Both the position numbers and the translations under genes were made by a program. Under the pieces are notes generated by a model. The model was not told where the DNA came from and did no database searches. It worked only from the letters and a program-made list of their open reading frames with translations. Below are positions 1-8,451 of a stretch of 64,000 nt of DNA, piece after piece (the first letter of the stretch is position 1; each line of letters begins with the position of its first letter). Source of the DNA: Capsulimonadaceae bacterium (GTDB lineage: Bacteria; Armatimonadota; Armatimonadia; Armatimonadales; Capsulimonadaceae); NCBI GenBank assembly GCA_965215505.1, contig OZ244065.1, positions 1,920,001 to 1,984,000 on the forward strand. The letters are read 5' to 3'.

Positions 1-823
1 GATAGGCCTTCTGCATTTGGCGGATCAGCTCAAACGTCATGCTCAGAACGGAGCGGTAACCATCGCTCAATTCTTCGACGGCGATGTCACAGCCATTCCC
101 GTCTGTAAACACGACTCCCGATGACGACACGCTTTTGAGGAATGTCTGGTTCGGCAAAAAGCCGTTCTGATTGACAAAATGCGTCAGTCGAAGGAGAAGT
201 CTCGACTCTAAGGTGTGATAAGTATCTAACTCCTTCTCTAACTCCTTAAATTTGAGGTCTTGCAGCCATTGAATAGTCTCTGTCAGCGCGATATTCTCCC
301 CAAATACCGAGAGATGTGGGGCCAGCCTCGAATTCGAACGAAACATTTTCTCGTCTTCATTGCTGCCGCCGGAGAAGCGCCGAAACGGACCATAAGAGGC
401 CGAAAACCACCCCCCTTTGTCGGCCCAGAGAGAATGTTCCGGGTTAGGCCGTGTCGCCGTTTTAGTCAGGTTGACCGTGTTGTCTGTTCCCCGAGCCAGC
501 ACCAGCCCCGCAGTCAGCAAGTCATTGGGGGGTGCCCCTGGGCCTGAAAAGGGGTCATACTGCCGATTCCTGGACACTGTCAGCCGGACAGAACCGCGCT
601 GCTGATCTCTCCGAAGCCACTCGTTCCAATCCTGCCGCAGCGCCTTCGCTTCTGATGGCCCGACAAGGGCCAGGGCTGTGGCGCGCAGGAATGAGGTCTT
701 TCCTGTGCCGTTGTCTCCGATCAACACATGCCAGCCGGCACCGGCGGGGGGACTGAAACCATTGTCCCAGACGGCGTTTTCAATGGATCGTATGTTTTGG
801 ATTTCAATGCGTTCAAGATACAT
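1..823 (-). CDS. ABC-type/AAA_21 ATPase (PtuA/Septu-like), partial; runs off left edge
   Basis: Not in ORF track. Hand translation from ATG at 823 gives MYLERIEIQNIRSIE...HVLIGDNGTGKTSFL (Walker A)...SYGPFRRF...EELSDGYRSVL (ABC signature-like); open to position 1. Confidence 0.8.
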   Translation of the reverse strand, partial: MYLERIEIQNIRSIENAVWDNGFSPPAGAGWHVLIGDNGTGKTSFLRATALALVGPSEAKALRQDWNEWLRRDQQRGSVRLTVSRNRQYDPFSGPGAPPNDLLTAGLVLARGTDNTVNLTKTATRPNPEHSLWADKGGWFSASYGPFRRFSGGSNEDEKMFRSNSRLAPHLSVFGENIALTETIQWLQDLKFKELEKELDTYHTLESRLLLRLTHFVNQNGFLPNQTFLKSVSSSGVVFTDGNGCDIAVEELSDGYRSVLSMTFELIRQMQKAY

Positions 824-910
824 CAGGCCACCGCCTTACCGATTTCACTTCCCAAACTCTGCCTCTATTATGTCACAGACCTAGCCCTTTGCCGCTCCGC
901 CCGCACTTCC

Positions 911-960
911 GACCCTTCCCTAACAGGGAAGGGTCGGCACTTGTGCCGGGGTTAGGTCCC
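911..960 (-). repeat. Double-hairpin REP-like element, family B
   Basis: GGGACCTAACCCCGGCACAAGTGCCGACCCTTCCCTGTTAGGGAAGGGTC on minus strand; related copies at 4397, 9718, 11631, 50867. Confidence 0.85.
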
Positions 961-3900
961 AAGCCGCCGCCTTTGCCGCCTGATAGGCCGCGTCCAGCGC
1001 GGGTTCCAGCAGGCGCAGGGCGGCGAGGCGTCGGGCCATGGCGGTGACTTCGCGGGCCTCGTCGGGGGTGAGGTCGCGGCCGAGGAGGGCGTGTTCGCGG
1101 TAGGAGAGCCACTTCTTCATGACCTGGTAGCCGCCCAGGGTGTAGTCCCAGACGCGGGCGGGGACGTTGCGCCAGCAGGCGTCGGGGTTGAGGTAGATGT
1201 CGCGGGTGGTCTCGCCCAGGAGGGTCAGGCCGTCGCCGAGCGCGGCGGCCTCGTCGGGGGTGTAGGGGCGCTCGACGCTCCGGCCTTTGCCAGGCATGGT
1301 GACGCCGCCCTGCCCGGCGTGGCCCCAGCCGGCAGCCACGCGCAGGTCGCCGCCGTCGGGCTGGAGCGGGCCGCCGTTGGCGCGCTTGATGACGCCGAGG
1401 GTCCGGTATGTGGGGTCGGGCATACCGGCGGTGACGCCGGGGACGGGGGTTGCGGTGTCCAGCAGGGCGGCGACGCGCCGGCCCAGGGCGGCGGAGGCGG
1501 CCAGCGTGTCCAGGGCGGCGGGCAGGGGGACGCGGGGCCAGTCGCTTCGGATACCGTCGGCGTTCTCGGTGAGGTAGGCGGGGCTGTAGCCGATGGCGAG
1601 CGCGTGCATCCAGAGCAGCCCGGCGGTCTCGGCGTCGGCGTCCGGGTCGGGGATGCCGAGGGTGGTTAGGTAGGCGCGGGCGGCGGGGGAGAGGTTGGCT
1701 TTTGCGTTCTGGGGAACCGCCTCCTGCTCCGCAAAAAGTGTCTGCTGGGTCGTCTTATAGCCGTTCAGTGTCAGAGGGATACACGCACTGCCGGGCCGTG
1801 TCAGGTGCCGATCCGCCAGAGCAGACGTGACATAGAACGGTGTCCCTTCATTCTGGCGTTCTCCTTTTTGCCGCGATGTCAGGAACAGATTCCCCGCCTC
1901 ATAAGCGGCAAACAGGTCTTCCCTTTTTCGATCCAGGAGCTTTGTTTCCGGGTGCCAGTAGGCGTACCGTATATCAAAAGGGCGGTAGCAATAGCGAACA
2001 AAGTGACCTGAACTTATACCTCTTGTGAGAAGCTGCTGTCGAGTATCAGATGCATCATATTGACCGGAGGAGGCCATGATAGCGGGGGCAATTTTCCGCA
2101 GAGCATCGTCACTCAGTGCCGCGTTGAAGTAGCTCTGCATTGTAGCTTCAAGCTTGTCCCGGTCAATCGCAATCAGGTCCGCATCCCGGCTTGTATTTAC
2201 CCCTGTGTCAGTCACAGGGAAAAGGGCGGGCAAGAGCGGCCATGTGTGGTAATTTGCTTCTGTCTGTAGTGGCGTGAAAGTCAGGCCCATCTGGTTAGAT
2301 GGGGTGAACTGCGCGTAGGGGCTGACCGAACTCTCCAGCGAAGCCAGCAGTTCGGCCCGCTTGTCCTTGCCCCACCAGTTGCGGAAATGCACGGTGGAGG
2401 CGTCCCGATGCGGCGACTTCCGCACCAGCAGCGCGATGGCCGTACCCACCTGGATGCCCTCGCGGTTCGTGTCCGTCGAGAACACGCTGGGGTCCGGCAG
2501 GCCGTCGGGCGTCCGCTTCCCCGTCTTGTACTTATCCCCGTTCAGGCAGTCAATCCAGACTTCGTCGAAGGCTTCCAGGTAGCGCTCGCGCATGCCGGTA
2601 TGGGACAGGCCATCCAGCCAGGAATAGTTGGAAATGAAGCAGACCACGCCCCGCCCGGTCCCCTCCGTGATGCGCCGCTCCGCCATGCGGAAGAAGCGGA
2701 TGTAGAGGTCATTGAGGCCCTGCCCCTGCGGTGCGGGCGCGGCCTTCGTCGTCCGATAGGCGGTGGACAGGGCGCGCTCCTCCTCCACGGCAAGGCCCGC
2801 GAAGCTGTTGTAGGGGGGGTTGCCGAGGATGACAAGAATCGGCTTCTTCTGCTTCACCTGATCGGCCAGGTCCCGCTCCTCGCCGAACTCCGGGATGGGC
2901 AGGACGGGGTGCGGGCCGCCCTCCGTCCCCCACCCCGTCAGGGCATTGGTGAGGTAGACGCCGACGCGCTCCGCCTTGGCTTCGGACAGGGGGGCACCGG
3001 CATTCTGGAGCAGGAGGCCGAGCTGCAAGTGGGCGACGACGAAAGGGGCGGGCAGGATCTCGAACCCGAAGACGCGCTCGGTCGCGGCCTTCTTCAGATC
3101 ATTTCCCGCCAAGCCGTCCCCGCCCGAGGCGTCCAATGTGGCGTGGATGTGGCGCAGGACTTCGACGAGATACGCGCCCGTCCCGCAGCAGGGGTCCAGC
3201 ACGAAGACGCGCGGGTCGGCCAGGCCGTCGGGGATGTCCAGCTCATCGCGCAGGACTTTGTCTACGCGGGCGACCTGGTAGCGGACGATCTCGGGCGGGG
3301 TGTACCAGACGCCAAGCTCGCGGCGCAGCTCGGGGTCGAAGGCTTGCAGGAACGGCTCGTAGAAGTATTGGACGGCCTGTGCGCCGTCGAACCGGGCGAA
3401 GAAGGCGGGCCGGTCCACGCGGTTCAGGGCGGCACCGGCCCAGTCCAGCACTTCGACGAGGCCGAGGGGATTCAGCTTGGAGGGTTTGGAGACCTCTTCA
3501 AAGAGGGCGCGGATCATGGGGACGTGCAGGTCCCAGGCGGCCATGCGCCAGTCGAAGCGGCCGGCGGTCTTGACGTCCTGATGGCGGCACCAGAGGACCC
3601 AGGCGGAGAAGACGCCGTAGAAGAGGGTCTGGACCAGGCTGGAGCGGAAGAAGTGGTCGCCCTTCTCGCCCTGGAAGCGCAGGCCCAGGGCCTCTTCCAG
3701 GGCGGTGCGGACGGAGGCGAGGGCGGACAGGGGTGAGGCGGCGATGCGGCTGCGGGCATCGCGGGCGTAGGAGGCGAGGAACCAGGCGACGTCTTCGGGG
3801 GAGGCGAGCGGGGCGGCCTGGAGCAGCACGCGCTGGAGGTATTCGCCGAACCGCTCGCCGAGGGCGGCGTCGACGCTGCCGGGGCGGGCGGCGAGCGCCC

Positions 3901-4351
3901 AGAAGTCGGCTTCGGTGGGGGCCAGGGAAAACCGTTCGAGTTCCGCCTTCTGCCCGGTTTCGCTGCGGCCCACCAGGACGAAGGCGCGCAGGTTGGTGAC
4001 GAGGACCTGGCCATACCTGGCCCAATATTTGTCCACCTGGTCACTGGCGGCGATCTTCGCGATGTCGTCGCCCGCGCCTTTGACTTCCAGGACGCCGCGC
4101 GCAGGGAGGAGGCCGGGGCGCAGGGACTCTTCCGCCGCCTTCCCGAACTGGTCCGGGGTGAAAAAGCCGCCGTCGGGGATGCCCGCGCCGGTATTTTTGA
4201 GGTTGATGATGCAGCGCACGGCGGGCTTGAGCGTCTTGCCGACGGCATTGAACAGGCCGCTGACGGCGGGATAGTAGGAGGTCTCTTTGACCCCGGCGGC
4301 GCTGGCGCGGACGGCCTGGAGTTCGGAAAGATAGGCTTGGAGTGGGTTCAT
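920..4351 (-). CDS. Single-chain restriction-modification enzyme (PD-(D/E)xK nuclease + N6-adenine methyltransferase + type ISP C-terminal/TRD region)
   Basis: N-terminal IPDG...EVKG; MTase motif I VLDPCCGTGAYL and motif IV GNPPY; C-terminal YRPFDIRY and VWDYTLGGYQVMKKWLSYR; no helicase motifs; start taken at MNPLQAYL. Confidence 0.85.
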   Translation of the reverse strand: MNPLQAYLSELQAVRASAAGVKETSYYPAVSGLFNAVGKTLKPAVRCIINLKNTGAGIPDGGFFTPDQFGKAAEESLRPGLLPARGVLEVKGAGDDIAKIAASDQVDKYWARYGQVLVTNLRAFVLVGRSETGQKAELERFSLAPTEADFWALAARPGSVDAALGERFGEYLQRVLLQAAPLASPEDVAWFLASYARDARSRIAASPLSALASVRTALEEALGLRFQGEKGDHFFRSSLVQTLFYGVFSAWVLWCRHQDVKTAGRFDWRMAAWDLHVPMIRALFEEVSKPSKLNPLGLVEVLDWAGAALNRVDRPAFFARFDGAQAVQYFYEPFLQAFDPELRRELGVWYTPPEIVRYQVARVDKVLRDELDIPDGLADPRVFVLDPCCGTGAYLVEVLRHIHATLDASGGDGLAGNDLKKAATERVFGFEILPAPFVVAHLQLGLLLQNAGAPLSEAKAERVGVYLTNALTGWGTEGGPHPVLPIPEFGEERDLADQVKQKKPILVILGNPPYNSFAGLAVEEERALSTAYRTTKAAPAPQGQGLNDLYIRFFRMAERRITEGTGRGVVCFISNYSWLDGLSHTGMRERYLEAFDEVWIDCLNGDKYKTGKRTPDGLPDPSVFSTDTNREGIQVGTAIALLVRKSPHRDASTVHFRNWWGKDKRAELLASLESSVSPYAQFTPSNQMGLTFTPLQTEANYHTWPLLPALFPVTDTGVNTSRDADLIAIDRDKLEATMQSYFNAALSDDALRKIAPAIMASSGQYDASDTRQQLLTRGISSGHFVRYCYRPFDIRYAYWHPETKLLDRKREDLFAAYEAGNLFLTSRQKGERQNEGTPFYVTSALADRHLTRPGSACIPLTLNGYKTTQQTLFAEQEAVPQNAKANLSPAARAYLTTLGIPDPDADAETAGLLWMHALAIGYSPAYLTENADGIRSDWPRVPLPAALDTLAASAALGRRVAALLDTATPVPGVTAGMPDPTYRTLGVIKRANGGPLQPDGGDLRVAAGWGHAGQGGVTMPGKGRSVERPYTPDEAAALGDGLTLLGETTRDIYLNPDACWRNVPARVWDYTLGGYQVMKKWLSYREHALLGRDLTPDEAREVTAMARRLAALRLLEPALDAAYQAAKAAAWDLTPAQVPTLPC

Positions 4352-4396
4352 GGGGCGTAGGGGGAGGTTCGACGGGGAGGGGGCGGACTCCTGCGT

Positions 4397-4445
4397 GGGA
4401 CCTCTCCCCGGCGCAAGCACCGACCCTCCCCTGTTAAGGGAGGGT
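4397..4445 (+). repeat. Double-hairpin REP-like element, family B
   Basis: GGGACCTCTCCCCGGCGCAAGCACCGACCCTCCCCTGTTAAGGGAGGGT. Confidence 0.85.
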
Positions 4446-4459
4446 GAGGGAGGGGCGGG

Positions 4460-5635
4460 TCAGGGGGTCGGGGTGAGGAGCCAGGCGTGGGCGGTGCCGG
4501 CGATGTTCGTGTAGCCGACGATCTGGCCCTGGCTGTTGATCCCGGTCGCGTTCTGGAGGCCGAAGCCGGCGGGCAGGTTGGTGACGAGGGCGGTGCTGCT
4601 GAGGCTCTGGAGCGTCCCGCCGGCCCTCAGGAGAAACGCGGTCGGCGTGCCGCCGCTCTGCCCGGTGTTCCCGACCACGTCGCCCGCGGCGTTGATGGCG
4701 GTGGCGGCCAGGCCGGCGCTGCCGGGCAGTTGTCCCAGGTCGTCGGCGGCGGTCAGCGGCCCGGTCCCGGTGTGCCGGAACGAGTGCGGCACGATGCCGG
4801 CGTAGCCGTAGCCGATCACCACGCCGCTGCCGTTGATCGCGGTGGCGCCGGAGCCGGAGCAGCCGGGGAGTGCGCCGAGGTCGTGATAGGCGGTGTCGTA
4901 GACGAAGGCGTGCTGCGTGGAGTTGACCCCGACCGTGGCGGTGCCGACGATCACGCCGGCCTGGTTGATGCCGCGCGGCAGGACGCGGGTGTAGCTGCCG
5001 AAGAGTCCCAGGCTGTCGGCGGGGGTGAACGGCCCGGTCCCGGTGTGCCGGAACGGGAACGTCAGCGCCTGGTCGGGGAAGTCGTCGTAGCCGACGACGG
5101 TGCCGGAGTCGTTGATGGCGAGGGCGGTGGCGGCGGACCGGCCGCCGACCTGGACGGAGAGGGTGCCCAGGTCGTGGAACGACGTGTCATAGACGAAGGC
5201 ATCCTGCACCGATGCCGAGTTGACGTTGTTCACGGCGACCGTGCCGACGACGGTGCCGGAGGCGTTGATGCCCGAGAGGCTGACGGCGTTGACCGCCGGG
5301 GTGAGGCCGGCGGGGAGTGCCAGGGCGTCGGCGGTGACGACGGGGGTGGCACCGGTGTGCCGGAACGGCTGGTTGGGGCCGCCGCCGTTGTCGCTGGCGT
5401 TGAGAAAGCCGGTGATCACGCCCGCATCGCTGATGCCCGTGGGGATCGTCCCGACGTGGCCGATGGAGCCTAGATCGGCATAGGAATAGTGGGCGTTCGT
5501 GGTCACGTCGGTGAGGGCAGGGGAGGAGCCTCCGCCCCCGCAGCCGGACAGCAGCCCGGCGAGGAGGCCGGGGACGGTGAGGGCGGCGAGCCGGGCGCGT
5601 CGGTCGGCGCGCGGGGTGGATTGTCGGAAAGGCAT
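4460..5635 (-). CDS. HAF-repeat extracellular lipoprotein (probable beta-propeller)
   Basis: Lipobox LLSGC; repeated (H/D)AFVYD..DLG.L and A.AIN.SG.VVG units. Confidence 0.75.
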   Translation of the reverse strand: MPFRQSTPRADRRARLAALTVPGLLAGLLSGCGGGGSSPALTDVTTNAHYSYADLGSIGHVGTIPTGISDAGVITGFLNASDNGGGPNQPFRHTGATPVVTADALALPAGLTPAVNAVSLSGINASGTVVGTVAVNNVNSASVQDAFVYDTSFHDLGTLSVQVGGRSAATALAINDSGTVVGYDDFPDQALTFPFRHTGTGPFTPADSLGLFGSYTRVLPRGINQAGVIVGTATVGVNSTQHAFVYDTAYHDLGALPGCSGSGATAINGSGVVIGYGYAGIVPHSFRHTGTGPLTAADDLGQLPGSAGLAATAINAAGDVVGNTGQSGGTPTAFLLRAGGTLQSLSSTALVTNLPAGFGLQNATGINSQGQIVGYTNIAGTAHAWLLTPTP

Positions 5636-5703
5636 GTGTTCTTTCTCCGAGAGGGTGTGCCGGCAGTGTCGGCGGCGCGGGCTGGGAGGAGTGTATCGAG
5701 TAG

Positions 5704-5732
5704 AGTGTATCAGGTTGCGTGGCGGGTGTCAA
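5704..5732 (-). promoter_or_regulatory. sigma70-type promoter for HAF lipoprotein gene
   Basis: TTGACA-17-TACACT with TGn extended -10 on minus strand. Confidence 0.6.
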
Positions 5733-5740
5733 GCGTAAGG

Positions 5741-5852
5741 CCGCGCCGGGGGCCGCGCCGGGGGGCCGCGCCGGGGGGCCGCGCCGGGGGGCCGCGCCGG
5801 GGGGCCGCGCCGGGGGGCCGCGCCGGGGGGCCGCGCCGGGGGGCCGCGCCGG
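5741..5852. repeat. 13-bp GC-only tandem repeat (CCGCGCCGGGGGG), about 9 units
   Basis: Directly visible; first unit has G5 and the following ones G6. Confidence 0.9.
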
Positions 5853-5915
5853 AACCATGCCATAAATGGCACGGCTAGACGGCGCGGACGCCATAAACCC
5901 CCGCTTCGCGGGGCT
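5853..5915. repeat. Palindromic REP-like element
   Basis: CCATGCCATAAATGGCACGG hairpin followed by CCCCGCTTCGCGGGG hairpin. Confidence 0.55.
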
Positions 5916-6081
5916 GGGAGGGGATACGCCGGGGGCGAGGAGGCTTCGAGTGGGGGCGAGGAGGCTCCGAGTGCGGTGCCTCTGGTTCTCCGAAGAAGGC
6001 GGAACGGGCCGCCCTCCCTCCCTCTGCTGAGGGGAGTGGAGGGCGGGGGCGGTTAGCGACTGGGGTCCGTGCTAGTCCGTG

Positions 6082-6930
6082 CTAGACGGCGATGGCGATG
6101 ATTCCCAGGACGGTGCCGAGCGCCCCAATCAGGCTGTTGGTCAGGCCGATGAAGTCGCCGCTGGCGTTGGAGGTCTGCTGGGCGGTGTTGCCCGCCGCGA
6201 GGAAGCCCCAGTTGTCGGCGATCTTGGGGTTCTGACTTTCGACGTTCCAGTCGAAGTTGCGGGAGCCGCTCTCGAAGGTGCCCGAGACATGGCCGGCCTG
6301 CTGGAAGGTGTAGACCTGGTTCTGGGAGTCTTTGACGCCCGCCAAGATCGCCATGTTGTACTCGGTCCCGCCGGAGTCGTGGAAGTGCCCCGAGAAGGTG
6401 TAGCTGCCGTCGCTGCGGAGTGTGACGTGGGAGTTGCCGCCGACCGGCACGCCGTTCCCGAACACGATCGGGTTGAAGTCGAAGTCCAGGGTGCCCGGAA
6501 GGTCGTGCGGGAGGATGAACATGAAGCCGGAGGCGGCGTGGCCGCCCCCGCCGGCGCAGCTGCCTTTGTTGGCGTAGCCGTCGTAGAACATGGCGTGGCA
6601 CTTGCCGCAGAACCGCCAGTTGTTCTGGGCCGTCGCGGTGCCGGGGATGTCATGCGGGAGGATGAACATGTAGCCCTGGGCCTGGTGGCCGCCGCCGGCG
6701 GCGCAGTGGCTCTTGTCGGCGTAGCCGTCATAGAACATGGCGTGGCACTTGCCGCAGAACCGCCAGGCGTCCTGAGCGGTCGGGGTGGCGGGGACATCGT
6801 GGGGCAGCCCGAACATGAAGCCCTGAGCGTTGTGGCCGCCGCCGGCGGGGCAGTGGCCCTTGTCGGCGAAGCCGTCGAAGAACATCGCGTGGCACTTGTC
6901 GCAGAAGCGCCATTGGGTTTGTACAGCCAT
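6082..6930 (-). CDS. Protein with three ~50-aa Cys/His repeats (WRFCxKCH...C..GGGH...LPHD), a beta-rich C-terminal domain and a hydrophobic tail
   Basis: Three in-frame repeats visible; AAGGAG RBS upstream; GC-biased codon use. Confidence 0.8.
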   Translation of the reverse strand: MAVQTQWRFCDKCHAMFFDGFADKGHCPAGGGHNAQGFMFGLPHDVPATPTAQDAWRFCGKCHAMFYDGYADKSHCAAGGGHQAQGYMFILPHDIPGTATAQNNWRFCGKCHAMFYDGYANKGSCAGGGGHAASGFMFILPHDLPGTLDFDFNPIVFGNGVPVGGNSHVTLRSDGSYTFSGHFHDSGGTEYNMAILAGVKDSQNQVYTFQQAGHVSGTFESGSRNFDWNVESQNPKIADNWGFLAAGNTAQQTSNASGDFIGLTNSLIGALGTVLGIIAIAV

Positions 6931-7078
6931 CTCGGTCTCCTTGGTGTCGTCGGCGTCGAGAGATGCCCCCTAGCGACGCCTGTGGGCACAGGGGGGTGGC
7001 GTCAGGGGCATCATGCGGAAAGTGATGGGGTCGTGCCGGGTGGAGCGCGGCGTGGGAACTGCGGAGCGCCGTGAAAGC

Positions 7079-7108
7079 AGTCTATCACAGGCGCAAGCCC
7101 GCTGTCAA
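7079..7108 (-). promoter_or_regulatory. sigma70-type promoter
   Basis: TTGACA-18-TAGACT on minus strand upstream of the 6930 gene. Confidence 0.5.
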
Positions 7109-7123
7109 GCGTTTGGAGGGGAA

Positions 7124-7139
7124 TGTGACATGTTTCACA
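7124..7139. promoter_or_regulatory. CRP/FNR-family-like operator
   Basis: TGTGA-CATGTT-TCACA, an exact TGTGA-N6-TCACA match, about 60 bp upstream of the predicted TSS. Confidence 0.5.
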
Positions 7140-7184
7140 CAGAGTGAGTGGGACATAAGGGGAAGGAGGGCGCGAGGGGGAAGG

Positions 7185-7209
7185 AGGGCGCGATGAATCG
7201 CGCCCCTAC
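7185..7209. repeat. GTAG-type REP, family A
   Basis: AGGGCGCGATGAATCGCGCCCCTAC; identical copy at 13023-13047. Confidence 0.85.
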
Positions 7210-7218
7210 GGGGCAGGG

Positions 7219-8064
7219 CTAGGCGCTTGCGCCGGTTTTCGGGCGGCGGGTGGCCTGCGCTCTTTTGATGCCCATGCCGGTCAGGCCGAGGGCGAGCAGG
7301 AGGGCGAGGCCGGCGGGGGTGGAAGCCTCGGGGACGGGGGCGGCGTTGGTGAACCGGAAGTTGGTGAGGGTCTGGGTGGAGCGGGCGGAGGCCTGACCGC
7401 CGGTGAAGCCGACGTAGGCGGTGGAGCCGCCGACGACATTTGCGAGGTTGACCGCGTAGGAGGTGCTGTAGGAGGTGAGGGCAGTCGGGTCGGTCAGGGA
7501 CTCGCTCAGGGTGGTGCCGTCGTAGGTCAGGAGGACGTTGATCGGGTCGCCGCTGCCGAGGCTGAGTGCGCCGGTAGACTGGTAGCCGCCGTTGTTGCCG
7601 AAGACGCCGGTGATGCCGTCGGTGCCCAGGCGGGTGCCGGTGCCGTAGGGGGTGTACAGGTTGAACTCGACGGCGGCGCTGTTGGTGATGGTGTTGCCGG
7701 CGGTGACGGAGGCACTGGAGTAGCCGAGGTAGCCGCCGCCATCGCCGAGGGCGGCGCTACCGCGCGGGTCATTCTGGAGGACGAAGGCGAAGCCGTCGCC
7801 GCTGCCGTTGGCCTGGTAGGTGAAGGCGGCGGTCCATTGGGTGATGTTCTGGGGCGTATTGTAGAAGAGGCTGTCGTTGTCCGGGCCGGTGCTGAGGGTG
7901 ATGGTCGCGGCCCCGCCGCTGACGGCGGGCAGGCCGGCGGTGGGGCTGTTGGCGGTGAACCCGGTGCCGCTATTGAAGCCGTTGATGTCGGCGCGGCTGG
8001 GGACGGCGAGGCAGAGGAGAGAGAGGGCGGCGAGCGCGAGAATGGCGCTGCGTGTGAAGAGCAT
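7219..8064 (-). CDS. Legume (L-type) lectin-like domain protein with PEP-CTERM-like sorting tail
   Basis: Signal peptide; GDGFAFVLQN, AAVEFNLY, AYVGFTGG; C-terminal VPEAST + hydrophobic helix + basic tail; start at MLFTRS. Confidence 0.8.
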   Translation of the reverse strand: MLFTRSAILALAALSLLCLAVPSRADINGFNSGTGFTANSPTAGLPAVSGGAATITLSTGPDNDSLFYNTPQNITQWTAAFTYQANGSGDGFAFVLQNDPRGSAALGDGGGYLGYSSASVTAGNTITNSAAVEFNLYTPYGTGTRLGTDGITGVFGNNGGYQSTGALSLGSGDPINVLLTYDGTTLSESLTDPTALTSYSTSYAVNLANVVGGSTAYVGFTGGQASARSTQTLTNFRFTNAAPVPEASTPAGLALLLALGLTGMGIKRAQATRRPKTGASA

Positions 8065-8138
8065 GACGGGTGAGCCTTTCCTGTGAGTCTTTCCTGTGGC
8101 GCGAGAAGCCGGTGGCGGCCCGGCGCGTCGGAGCGGCC

Positions 8139-8160
8139 CGGCCCTGAAGGGCCGGTCTAC
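8139..8160. repeat. GTAG-type REP variant
   Basis: CGGCCCTGAAGGGCCGGTCTAC (reverse complement begins GTAG followed by a hairpin). Confidence 0.55.
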
Positions 8161-8346
8161 TCCCGGCTTCGCCGGTGGGCCGCCCCTTCGGGGCTTCGGA
8201 GGGCGTCCGCGTGACGGAGCATGCGACACCGGCAGAGCATGCGACACCGAATGTGAGGCACCTCTGTGGGCCCGGTAGGGCGGTTGATCCGTGTGGGCGG
8301 CCTCTAGGGCCGGGCAGGTATTGGGCGCGGAGTCCATTCACCTCCC

Positions 8347-8362
8347 TGCACAAATCATGCCA
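8347..8362 (-). promoter_or_regulatory. sigma54 (-24/-12) promoter
   Basis: TGGCATGATTTGTGCA, GG-N10-GC; nearly identical to the site at 25495-25510. Confidence 0.7.
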
Positions 8363-8421
8363 AGTAGAAAGGCGGGCATAAAAATCGGGGTGCGGCTAGG
8401 AGGGAGTAGGAAGAAGAGGAA

Positions 8422-8448
8422 AGGGGCGAACACAGGGTTCGCCCCTAC
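8422..8448. repeat. GTAG-type REP, family A
   Basis: AGGGGCGAACACAGGGTTCGCCCCTAC. Confidence 0.75.
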
Positions 8449-8451
8449 AGG

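Noticed and set aside
824-919. Retron msr/msd upstream of the PtuA-like ATPase
   Set aside because: The gap is short, the only strong hairpin is the family B repeat, and no reverse transcriptase is in the window.
5866-5882. TGGCACG as a sigma54 promoter
   Set aside because: No GC at the -12 position, and it is one arm of a palindromic repeat.
6082-6930. Multiheme cytochrome c call from three CxxCH motifs
   Set aside because: No signal peptide and no maturation genes nearby; the extra conserved Cys and His per repeat fit a metal finger better. Not fully excluded.
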